A DNA stretch of 64,000 nucleotides from Chiloscyllium plagiosum (lineage: Eukaryota), in NCBI RefSeq assembly GCF_004010195.1, contig NC_057752.1, positions 9,744,862-9,808,861 on the forward strand. The letters run 5' to 3'. Below, one piece after another: positions 50,238 through 61,539 of the stretch. Both the position numbers and the translations under genes were made by a program. Position 1 is the stretch's first letter. The number at the start of each line of letters is the position of its first letter. The notes below the pieces were generated by a model, which was given only the letters and a program-made list of their open reading frames with translations, had not been told where the DNA came from and ran no database searches.

Positions 50238-53200
50238 CTGAAAAAAAAAAGAGAAAAACAAACCTGAGTAACAGTAAAAGTTTAAACTGGTCTTTTCTAA
50301 AAGCAAAGGCCAAAATTCAACTTACTCTCATCATCGCTGTCCTGCGACCCATCCTAAAGAGCAAGGAAACAATTTTTAAAGCCATTTACTAAATAGGTTG
50401 GTACAGATACATTCATTCAACATTAAAGATGGGCAAGTACCATAATTTAATACAGACACATTGTCTCCAGGTATTATGACAAGAGAAACTACAAGAGCAA
50501 ATATTCTTTCCAATCACACCAACCCCATTATAAAACATTACTATGGCATTCCACAGCTACACAATCCAAGCTGAAAAACTTTCATTCGTTGAGAGGGGAA
50601 AAGAAATTGTAGGATTAACCTCACATGCCTTAGTTTATTTATCAAACTTGCGAGCTACACCAAGTATTTCTTTCAGTCATCACCAGAAATGTTAAGTGGA
50701 AATTGCAAACTTAAGAAACTGTTGGGTTGCTGAAGTGCTTATGATAAATTACCCTCAAGATAGTGGAAAAGACTAGATCAAGTATGGCTTACTTATGATT
50801 CAATTTGAACCACTGAATCTCTAAGTGTCCAACACTCAAAATGTCATGGCGAGTGTAATGCAGTCATCTTTTCCGATTGCCTTTTAAACTTAAACTGGAT
50901 CTAAGCCTCTAACTATGCGTATACTACACTAAGAATCGCAGCTGTGCATGCACCTGCCTGGCCTTGTGGCAAGGATAATCTTATGCATCACAAGAATATT
51001 CAACACAAGATTTCCAGGGAATCTAACCTCTATCCTAATATCTGAACTAGCCATAAGCTCACTACTTGGTTAAGTCACAAAAAGTCAGTGGCAAGTGCAG
51101 TACTGTGTGCTTTGCGAAATAATGCTCAACTGTGAAAATGTCCAACACAACCAGACAATCTTTTGACAAAAAGGCTCTTGTATTTATCCAGCACCTTTTA
51201 TCTTTTTAATCAGGAGAGTCACATGAAAATGGCATGGGTAGCAGAAGCTTGATGAAAGTAGAAATAGCAATTTCAAGGAGGGAACACGAGGACAAACTCT
51301 CTGCCAACCAATCAGGCAGCAACACAGGTGATTCAATTTCAAAGATTGGCAAAGACAAAATAAGTGCTTAACAGAACTGCTGAAATAGTATCAAAGTTCT
51401 GTTGTTCTTGAAGTCAACATCTTTAAATTTCTGCCTTGACCTTGTATCTGAAGAAATTAACACTTCTCTAGTATTACGACATTGAAGAAATTCAGTTTTC
51501 TTTTTCTTTAAAAGCACACAAGAACACAAGAGTAGCATAATGGGAATGTGGACAGGGCAATGTACTCTCAAAACACTACTTATTCCTACTCTAATGTCCT
51601 CTCACGTAATTTTTTTATTCCCCTCCACAACTAGGATGGCCTGGACCACAAACTAGTCTCTTACAAATAAAAGAAATAGGACTGGTTTAGTGAGATGTCT
51701 ATGCCCTCAGAAGCAACGTGGCTATATTACCACATGCAATGCACAAAGTTTATAGAAAAGTAACAAACTTTGAATGGCAGTTGGAACAGAGCACTTGAAC
51801 TCTTGAGAATCCAGTTACAACTTTTACAGTCACTAAATTGTCCCATAAATCAAATTTCCATTTGACAATTACTACTGAAAATACACAATTCAAAAAGCCA
51901 GCATCTTCATACTTACATCATCCATTCCATCTACGTCTGGGATGTCTCCATCATCATCTCCTCCCATATTGTTCATCATCTAAAAGAAGTTTTTTTTTGT
52001 GTAAGTTTTTAAAAAAAATATCAAGTTATTACTTCTATTGCAATACACTGAATGCACCGGTGCAGAGTTACAGACAATGACGACCCAGACCAATTCCTAA
52101 CCAGTACTGAATTGATCACAATTGGGGCATCATAATTTTTAGGGAATGAGCAAAAAGGGACTGAGGACAACATACAAGGATTTGGTGATCTAATCAGAAT
52201 GAACACTGATTCGGTTGAGTAGCAATGTCAGTCACATCTGCCATACCCTTAACAGTCAAACAGCTTACCAGCATTTGCTCTCACATGAGTAGCCATATTG
52301 ATTAAAGTTGAACTATAGGCAGCCACAGAACCATATTCAACACAAAATGTTCTTCAATCATACCAGTTCTGGTTTTACAAATTTTTAAAATGATCTTATT
52401 CATAGTATAACTATTGTTTACTGGTAAAATGTTTGCCTCTCAATATTAGATTCTCTCCTGTTGACCTCAGCAAATTCAAGATATGATTCATATCCAGTGC
52501 CATTGCGCAATAATTATAGTCTGGAATTAGTTTGCACACAGAACTTGTTAAAAAGTTTACAACTAGCATTACCACGTTACTGTATACGAATTTCCCTTGT
52601 ATGGATTAATGTTACTTGTAATTGCATGCTCTGGTGCATTACACACAGGAAGATGAACGAAAAAGGTGGACAGTAGAACCTATACAAAAGGAAGTGAATC
52701 ATAGAAGCAAGTTGGTTTAATATTATACCGGAGTAGACAGTGTGGTGGTGGAAAAGCACAGCAGGTCAGGCAGCATCCGAGGAGCAGGAGAATTGCCGTT
52801 TCGGGCATCAGCCCTTCATCAGGGATGGATGATGAAGGGCTTATGGATAATACTGGAGTACAGTTTGTGATTTCCAGAAGTTTGTTTCTTAGGACATCAA
52901 GCTCCTTTCTTCAGGTATTCAAATGAGTGCACCTATTTTGCCAAATTCGATAGCTTCAACATTTGAAAAGATGTCACGACAATCCCTTTTGATGTTGTGC
53001 AAATGGAACAACAAAGCTAACTCCTAATTCCAAAATCACAGGTGCTCCTACCTGTGAGAACTTTTCAAAGCTGGACAAATCTTCTTCTTCTGGATCATCA
53101 TCCCAATCTCTCCAGTTATTGAAATCGACTTTGAGCCAGTTTAACTGTACAAAAAAGTGATCATTGAAAAAAGTGATATGGTATCATGAAGAACAAATAC

Positions 53201-56200
53201 CGAGATTGTAAAAACCAAAACATGGTTAAAATTTGCAATAAAAACAATCTGCAAAGTGCTAGAAATATTTAGTAAGTCTTGTAGTGTCTGTGCAAAAAGA
53301 AACAAAGTTAAACTGAGTAGAGTAGGAACTATGCCTGTCACTATGTGTTGTCTGATTTGAACAGTTCCTGCACTTTGTTATTAAATACAGTGCTGCAATG
53401 ATCCCAGTTACCTTGGCTTTTTCTTTGGTTAACCGTGGCCATGCTTGACCAGATTCTCCTTTTCGTAAATAGCACAAGACAGATCTGTCTGTCCGCTTGT
53501 GTTTTGAATCCTAAGGAATATATTAAGAGAACAATATATACTAGTATTAAATAGATCTGTTCAATAATACTATTCCACCAGCTATATCTATTCCAGCAAA
53601 TTTAAAAACTGATCAGTTAATAGCATTACGTTAATTCTACGCTGAGAGGGAAAACAGGGATGGTGGAGAAGGGTTGCAAGTGAAGGGGGTTAGAAGGGAG
53701 GAGATAAAAAAAATAAAACAATCACAATGTGTTTCTAATAATTCAGCCTCAACAATGTAAAATTCATGCAATGAAACTTATAAATTATTTTTTCTTTTAA
53801 ACATTTGAGATATTTGGGGAATGTTTTTTTAAAGTTGGTGCCCCACTATTGTCTTTCTAACAATACAACAAACAACAGCACTGGCGGAGGTTGGGAATAA
53901 GTCTTCCCCTTTTGGCTAAGAATTGGCCCTGGGATTTTAGGGGGTGGGGATAAGAACACCAAAATATTGTTTTGGCTCATTTATGGTCAAGATCACCAAT
54001 ACTTACACTTGGGTCAATTGCATTATAAAGGTTAACTTCATTAAAATGCTTTACGCTCTCCGCTCCTCCAAGGCAGCTGCATAGAAAGAGAGACGCCACA
54101 CAAAAGTGAATTTTAATAGCTTGTTGTTGCACACATTACAGATCAGACAGGCAATAGGTTAAAAACATTAAACAGTATTTAGATAGTAAATTTGAACAAA
54201 CACTAACATTTTATGCTCAGTCCAAAACAATACCTTAAGAAATTTATGAAAGTCCAGACAACAGAATATGAAGCAATTTTACAGCAAACAGATGTTGCTT
54301 TACCCCAAATATTTTCAAAGTGTCAGGTTTCTTGGCTTGCTTCCTCATTCCCACTGATAAAGCATTAGCTTAGTCTATCATGTTGAAGCCAAACAAGCTC
54401 AAAGTGCAGCAACCCATCTTACTACAAGACATGTACAGTCCTCATGTCTTAATGTCCTAACACGAGAGTCAACATCAGACCTAAACTACAGCTTGTATTT
54501 TCATTGGACAATAGGAATGAGCAGCCATAGTGAACGTACGAAAATAAGTTTTAGTCCTCTCCCTAGTGCTGGCAGGATTTTTTATATCCTTGGTGTCAAC
54601 CAGTTGATTTCCCTCCCAACTACCAGACTCCTGAGCTAATACAACCTGCTCTTTGACTGGAAAGAAAAACAAAATGCTGGCGATCAGTGGGTCAGGCAAC
54701 ACCCATGGAAAGAAAGCAAGCTAACGTCCAGCCTAGAGGACTCTTCAAAGCTGATATGAAAGGTGGGGGTAGTATTTATGCAGTTGTGGGGTGGGGGTGC
54801 ACATGCATGCGCAAAGAGGAGAGCAGAAAGGATGTTGACAGTTCAGATTAATTGATTGGAATGTGAAAATGGCAGATTAGAGTATCGAGCTGCCAGACTA
54901 GAAAGAACAGACAGTCCTACTGGGGTGGTAGCTTTGTTAAGTTTTCATGTATTTTCCTCATTAGACTTACCGGTCAGCTTATTTCTTCTGCTTGTATCGA
55001 CCTGCCCGTTAACTCCCCTATAGTAATATGATGCATGCACTTTACCATTTCAATCAGCAATAGCTTTCAGTTCTGACAAAGTTTTATTCCAGAAAAATGA
55101 ACAAATTATGCTCTCTGGTGAGGAAACATCTGAACTTTGCATTTGTAAATTTTAAGCATCTGCAGTATTCACCTGGGACAATGTTAACACATGGAATGGA
55201 CAGTGGCATTGGGCAGTTACTTCAAAGTCCTTTGGCAGGTTTCCCCATCTTAACTAGAGGACATTTAGGTTAACTGCAGTGTTCAGTCAGCGCAGGTTAG
55301 AAAGTGAACCTCAAAAGTCTGTACAGTTCAATATCACAACAATGCATTTCCAAGCTGAGTCAATATACCTTCATCAGGGAATAACTGAAAGAAACTGCAG
55401 ATGCTGGAAGTCAGTCAATAGACGTGAAGCTGGAAAAGCACAGGTCAGACAGCATCAGAGGAGCAAAGTGAATGTTTTTGGCCAAAACCCTTCATCACAC
55501 AATTGGGAGGGAGGGAGAGGGGAGGGGAGTGAAAGAGAGAGTCCAGAAGTATTGAAGGAAGGGGGTGTGGAAGGAGAGGTGGGACGTTGATTGGTGAATG
55601 CAGGTAGGGGGTTATTGTGATTGGCCTTTGGGAAGGACGGAGCAGAGAGGTGAGCAGAAGATGGACAGGTTAGGTCAGGAAAGGGAGGAGGATGGGTGAG
55701 GCTGGACATGGGATAAGGCTGGGGATGGAGAGACTTTGAAACTGGTGAAGTCAATACAAAGTCCATTGGGCTGTAAACATCCCAGGTGAAATATCAGGTG
55801 TTCCTTCAGTTTCCGTTTGGTCTCACTTGGACAATGGAGGCAGCCAAGGACATGTTGCCAGGGGAGTGGGAAGTGGAATTAAAATAGATGGCAACTGGAG
55901 GGTCAGGTTGGTTGGTGTGTGCAGAGCGCAGATGCTCCACGAACCAGTTGCCGAGTCTGCTTTTGGTTTGAATGAGGCCAAGGAAAGAATTCACTTTCAA
56001 GCAAGGGTGGAAATAAAGCCTGAGCACATTATTTCAAGTTTTCACTTCCACACTGCCCTGTTCAATCTATATTTAAAACTTACATGAGTTATTATTACCA
56101 TATGTAGATTAAAATTGTTAAATTTGAAATAAATCCACTTCCAATAATTTGGACCTCCAGGAAATGAATAGAGGAAAATAACTTGCATTGTCAAGTACTT

Positions 56201-58676
56201 CTATATTATGCTAATGCTGTTGGACTCATCCAGGTCTCAAAGGCAACTGCAACATCAAAACCAAACTAAGCCTGCCACATTCACCAAGGGTCAGCACAAG
56301 AAAAAACTGGAACTGACTGAGAGAAAAATCTTTCCTATCAAATGCTGGAATGCAGAAGGGAAAATCAATCCAAAGATTGTGACTATTACACAAGTTCTAC
56401 AAAGGGAAAATCATGAGACACTCTGCACAAATTCCTTCCCATTTCATTCTGTCAAAGTTAAAATTGAAGTGACTCTCTTCAGAGCTCAACCTATTATCAA
56501 AATATATAAACACAAATCCTAGGTTTGATTCCCATTTTGTGCTGTTAGCATATCAGAGCCAGGATAGCAGTTGCTACTGCCTTCAGCATGTAGGATTGGG
56601 AAAGGCTTGCCAGCTTTTGCGCAAAGATGGTGCTTCATATTCATATGCAGCTCTAGGTATATACTGCTATTTAAACTATGCCATTATACTTACGATTAGA
56701 CCTCCATTTTCAGGAGCTCACTGCATCAATCACTTTCTTAATATGCACTGCAGTGCACAACAAAGCCAAAACAGAGTCTTCCGATAGGCACATTAATTTG
56801 AATAAGATACCAGAGGGCTCCAAAGGCCTGTTAAACACCTGAGATCAGGTCAGCAACTTGGTCAGATGAATTAGTGACATTTAAAGAAAACCTGACAAGT
56901 CAAATAATCTACCCATAGTAACAGTTACTCACATCTATTAAATATAGTGCGTGCACTGGTTTTAAGTGAAAACAGTCTCAGTTGGCTGGATGGCTGCTTT
57001 GCAATGCAGAATGATGTCAACAGCATAGGTTCAATTCCCACACCAGCTGAAGGTTACCATGAAGAACTCTCCTTCTCAACCTCTTTGCCTGAGGCTTGGT
57101 GACCCAGCGAGAGAGCAGCCCTAAATGTCTGATAAAACTATGGCAACTTTACAACTGTTTGCAGGGTTAAGAAGCTTTGAAAATTAACAATTGGTTGACA
57201 AGCATACAATTCAAATGTTAATACTCTAAGCCTCATGATTCCAACAGAACTGCATACTCAAAAGCAGAACGATTCTTTCAAAAGCATCATTCATTCTGTA
57301 GAAATATTAGCATGATGGTATTAACAATATAGTTTCCTGGTCTCATCCTAGGATAATTGGAGGCTAAAAGGAGGAAAGTCAAGTGAGCAAACATTTAACA
57401 GGAAGATAAGTGATGACCTGTCGAGAATCACCAGGCTTCTGAAAACAAATGAAAAAATAGCGACAAGAGTGTCTGGAGGCCCGGACACCCGCTACTTCAA
57501 GATAGTGGAGGACCGTAAATTAGAAAAAAAAAAATCTGGCAACTTCTGATAATTACCCCAACACAGAAGTGTATGTATTGGTGTTTATGTATTGCTCCAT
57601 GTAGCTGCACAGAATGCAGAAATTTAATATCAAAAATAAAATTTCCACCTAGAGTACATTAACATTCCCAAAATTTGACATTCTACTCTAGTTACAAACT
57701 CTGGACCAAAATTGAACAAAGGTGAAACAAAATCATACAGTGGAGATACTTTTCCTTTGTCTGCATGGCCATTGTGGTAGATGCACAAGCCATGTGAAGT
57801 TCCCAAGCTATAATTATTCCAGTTTGCAACATTTCAGCCTTTCTCCAGAAGTTGACAAATTTTGTTCAGCAATTCACGTGACAGCTTGTCCTTATGTTAC
57901 AGCCGTCTGATCATCTAATTTTGCGCTTATTACAGCAGGTTGCAGATTCAGATTCTCCACTGATTTGCCAGTCTCAAGCTATACCAAGCGATGTCCATGT
58001 GAATTCAAAGATGAGAAATATTTAAGGGAAATATCTCTAGGCCAGAAACACACATCCTCGGGCAGCCAGTGTAATAGCAGCTCTGGCATGCCCATTTAGC
58101 CAAGCAACAGTAGGTAGCAATTGAAAAAACAAAAAAGAGAGGATGACAGAAAGACACGCAAAATACAGTAGTGCTGATCAAATAAGTCTCTTGCGCAGTG
58201 CCATGGCATTCTTTTACAATGGATAAGTGTAATTCAATTTTTTCCATGGGCCACGAGTTTTAACAATTAATGTTCTAAAATGGAAAAGCATATATAAACT
58301 GAACTTCAAAATATTGTAAAAATCCAGCAGAGATTATACTAATAGTTTCTGGTGACAAATATTCAGGCATACAACATCTTTGCTGAGGTGGTCACTGAAA
58401 TTTTTAACAAAAATGCTACTTATTTGTGAACAGTGCTAATGAGAAACTATTACCAGACTAAGAGCCTAGATTTCTTTTCAAATGCATTTAAGTGAAATAA
58501 AGCTGTCCCTCCGTTTATGACAGACATTTTGACATAAATGGGATTGAATATCTACTACGTACCTGAATGTAAACTTCTCTTTTTCAAAATTTATTTCAAC
58601 ATCCTTACTGTCTTCTACACAAAATTCAACAAAGACGTAGTCTCTTCGGTCATACCACTTTGCAGAAGCTGGCTGC
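50218..58676 (-). CDS. PTGES3: Prostaglandin E synthase 3 / p23 HSP90 co-chaperone, spliced CDS exons 2-8 (exon 1 supplying 'AT' of the ATG not located)
   Basis: Seven GT-AG exons (114, 70, 99, 93, 63, 28, 20 nt) splice in frame to (M)QPASAKWYDRRDYVFVEFCVEDSKDVEINFEKEKFTFSCLGGAESVKHFNEVNLYNAIDPSDSKHKRTDRSVLCYLRKGESGQAWPRLTKEKAKLNWLKVDFNNWRDWDDDPEEEDLSSFEKFSQMMNNMGGDDDGDIPDVDGMDDDGSQDSDDEKMPDLE*, 162 aa. WYDRRDYV and C-terminal KMPDLE favour PTGES3 over PTGES3L. Confidence 0.96.
50326..50353 (-). CDS. PTGES3: PTGES3 exon 7
   Basis: ctttag|GAT GGG TCG CAG GAC AGC GAT GAT GAG A|gtaagt; DGSQDSDDE. Confidence 0.93.
51917..51979 (-). CDS. PTGES3: PTGES3 exon 6
   Basis: ttttag|ATG ATG AAC...GAT GAT|gtaagt; MMNNMGGDDDGDIPDVDGMDD. 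Confidence 0.95.
53052..53144 (-). CDS. PTGES3: PTGES3 exon 5
   Basis: tacag|TTA AAC TGG...TCA CAG|gtagga; LNWLKVDFNNWRDWDDDPEEEDLSSFEKFSQ. Confidence 0.95.
53412..53510 (-). CDS. PTGES3: PTGES3 exon 4
   Basis: ttag|GAT TCA...GCC AAG|gtaact; DSKHKRTDRSVLCYLRKGESGQAWPRLTKEKAK. Confidence 0.96.
54007..54076 (-). CDS. PTGES3: PTGES3 exon 3
   Basis: gcag|C TGC CTT GGA...CCA AGT|gtaagt; CLGGAESVKHFNEVNLYNAIDPS. Confidence 0.95.
55390..55960 (-). mobile_element. Penelope-like 3' fragment in PTGES3 intron 2
   Basis: WFVEHLRSAHTNQPDPPVAIYFNSTSHSPGNMS; terminal repeat at ~55390-55497. Confidence 0.75.
56975..57150 (+). mobile_element. tRNA-derived SINE-like fragment (not HE1)
   Basis: ctcagttggctgg (A-box-like) ... 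ggttcaattccc (B-box-like). Confidence 0.45.
58563..58676 (-). CDS. PTGES3: PTGES3 exon 2
   Basis: ttag|G CAG CCA GCT...TTC AG|gtacgt; QPASAKWYDRRDYVFVEFCVEDSKDVEINFEKEKFTF. Confidence 0.95.
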
Positions 58677-60295
58677 CTAAAAGTATTATGGGAGTGAAAA
58701 CAATCACAAGGTTTGTGTGGAAAAAGACTGCAAGTTCTCAAAGCCACATGCAAAAAAGTATTTACATTCCAACAGAGTGACTTCAATACAATTCAGTCTC
58801 TGGGTTCTGCTGCTGCTAATAAAACAAAATTTGAAAGTAGCCAGGGTATCCAAATTTTGGGCCAAAAAGACAGGGCAAGAAAAAAAAAGCAGAGCAAATG
58901 AACAGCCACTGACATGGCTGCAAAGCCAACGGGTTCATCATGGAGCAATCTCAACAAAGATGTTTGATTTGTTGCTAATTTCTATAAGTGGCCTTTGGAC
59001 CAAGCTGCAAGAACAATTGAACTGATGGGGAGATCCAGCGTCTGATTCAAGAGGTCATGGATTCAAGCATCTATGTTGAGATCATCCCACAATGCACTTC
59101 CTCTGGCTATGCAATTAGCTTCAATTAAAATTAAAGCAATTTGTAATATCTTCCAATTATTACATGAAAAACAAAATATCTTGAAGCAGTTAGCTCTGAG
59201 GCATGCAATCCCTACATGACTGATAAGCAGGGGGAGCATTTTTAACCACCCAAGTTATTTTTGCCATTTTTAGGCATCTTAAATAGATTCTTTGGGAAAA
59301 ATAATTAAAGGAAAACCATTTGAATGGGGTGTGAATCTCTATGGGCATATGCATCAAAATGCCAGAGATCCTCTGAGATAAGCAATCAGAACCAGAGATC
59401 TAAATGCAATTTCACAACCCATTGCAAATACCCTACAGAATTTAAACATACCACTTAAGTATAAAGCAAATTCTCTTTAGCTTGTATATAGCACCTAGGC
59501 TCCATGCCCATGAGTGATATACCAAAATCCCTCAAATCAAAAGCAGGATTGCATAAAAGCAAAATAAAATTGTTACATATGGGGCAATGCAAGACAGAAC
59601 AGTATTACCATTAACTTAACCTGAAGAACCCAACCATCACTACAACTTTGGTGCTACAAGTGGCAAATCAAATGATATGGGAGATAACTTAAGTGGAACA
59701 TTACATTCCATACAGGAAAACTATGGAAGATTAAGCACAATTTTCCAGGCTCAGTTCCACCAGAATCCTTCCCCCCCCCCCCAACCACACCACACCACAC
59801 ACTTTCCTGAGTGGGACAAGTGCCAGTGTTTCAGCCTAGGTAACATATAGCCTGGGGTTCTGCTGGTCAACTATCCTGGTTTTCCTTGCATCAATGCTTA
59901 GCACAAAAATATATCAAACTACTTTGAGATGGTTACAGCACAAAATTAATATTCTCGTAATCTAAAATTTCTCAGTTGCTAGTCTGAAGTGCAGCTGTGA
60001 TATTAAACCAATACAGATGTTAAGCCAAGGCTGATTAGAATTCTCCCACTTCCCAACGCTGGTTGTGTTTAACACTAACCCTTGTTTTCCTTAGGAATAA
60101 CAGAACTTCCCTCAAAAGCCATCTGCAATACAAAGTTCAACAACCAAGTCACAGGGCTAATGTTCTCCCTTAGTTATGGAATGCATATATCACAGAAAGT
60201 TAAACATCTGCATGAAACTACAAGGTGTTACAGGAATTGAAAAGGTCCACATCATTGTTAACAGCTAACCCAAGAATGCAACTTTTTAAAAAAAG

Positions 60296-60568
60296 GTTGT
60301 GAGATTTACACATGAAAGAAGTGAAACCAACACTGTATTCCAACAGATGAAAGGCATAACAGAATCAAATTTTCAATGTATAATTTCAGTTACATCACAC
60401 TAAATTTTTGCTATAAATTCTGTGTTACGATTGAGCCCTCCACTATCACCTGATGAAGGAGCGTTGCTCTGAAAGCTAGTGTGCTTCCAATTAAACCTGT
60501 TGGACTATAACCTGGTGGTGAGATTTTTAACTTTGTATACCCAGTCCAACATCGGCATCTCCAAACCA
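60296..60568 (+). mobile_element. Penelope-like terminal repeat of a second family, upstream of PTGES3 exon 2
   Basis: cacctgatgaaggagcgttgctctgaaagctagtg...aaacctgttggactataacctgg...ccagtccaacatcggcatctcca. Confidence 0.65.
60450..60478 (+). ncRNA. Minimal hammerhead ribozyme motif, family 2
   Basis: cac-CUGAUGA-A-GGAGC guu GCUCU-GAAA-GC-UA-gug; palindromic AGCU stem III, stem I cac/gug. Confidence 0.62.
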
Positions 60569-61539
60569 CAGCATTTGACTGGGATTTTTACATTATTTAA
60601 CAATTGGGGTGACATTAGAAGAGGAAGAGCACCAAAGGTATGAGATAACCTCCAGAATAATTGTCTCTCTCAGATTCACCCTTGCCAATTCAAAATCTGA
60701 ACATTTACATTTCTAACATATTCCATATTTGGAAGCTTCCTCAATGGCCACATTCAGAAGCACCAAGTCTCTACACTTGATCATTGTCCAATGATGAAAA
60801 AATATACTGTACAAACCATCTACATAAACATATCTTTTGCAATGAAGTACATTAAAACAAAAATCAACATCAAGCTGAATGGGCTATGCCACACCTTTAA
60901 GCTCACTTGTGAACAATGGCCACCTAGATGATCAAATGTCACCCACTGATACACTGGGGTATACAGTTCCACTGATATATCCAGAATACACTTCAGAGAA
61001 ATTAATGGCTTTTAGAAAAAAGGAATTAGATGACAAATTTGATAAGTCAACTTTTATTTTTTGGAAAACTATTAAAAACATCCTAATGGCACTGTGGGCC
61101 TACTTCAACTACACTGACTACAGTGGATCCAAGAAAGCAGTTCACCACATTCAAGGTGAATCAGGGATGGGTAATTGCTGAATTAATCATCATTCTATGA
61201 ATGAAACACTCATCCAATGAATGAAGAGAGAAAAAAAAAAAATCAAAGGAACATAGAACAACCAGACTGCAGCGGATTTGGTCTACCAGTGTCCACGTAC
61301 CTTGTCCTCAACAGGCAACTACTCAACTTCAGCAACTTCCATATTCACAAACCTATATTAATTCAGGACTATCAATCCAAAAATGTAGTTTAGCACATCC
61401 ATAGTGCCAATGTAGTGTGGTAGCATGTAAGTATGTGACATAACAGAATTACAAATCTATATCCAAATTCTTTGTCTTTGGTACATGGGAAAAATAGTCT
61501 TGTTCTGTTCATTAGCACATTTTTATTGAAAGCACATAA

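Noticed and set aside
57410..57442. GTGATGA...CTGA resembling a C/D-box snoRNA in PTGES3 intron 2
   Set aside because: Boxes are only ~22 nt apart and antisense to the host transcript.
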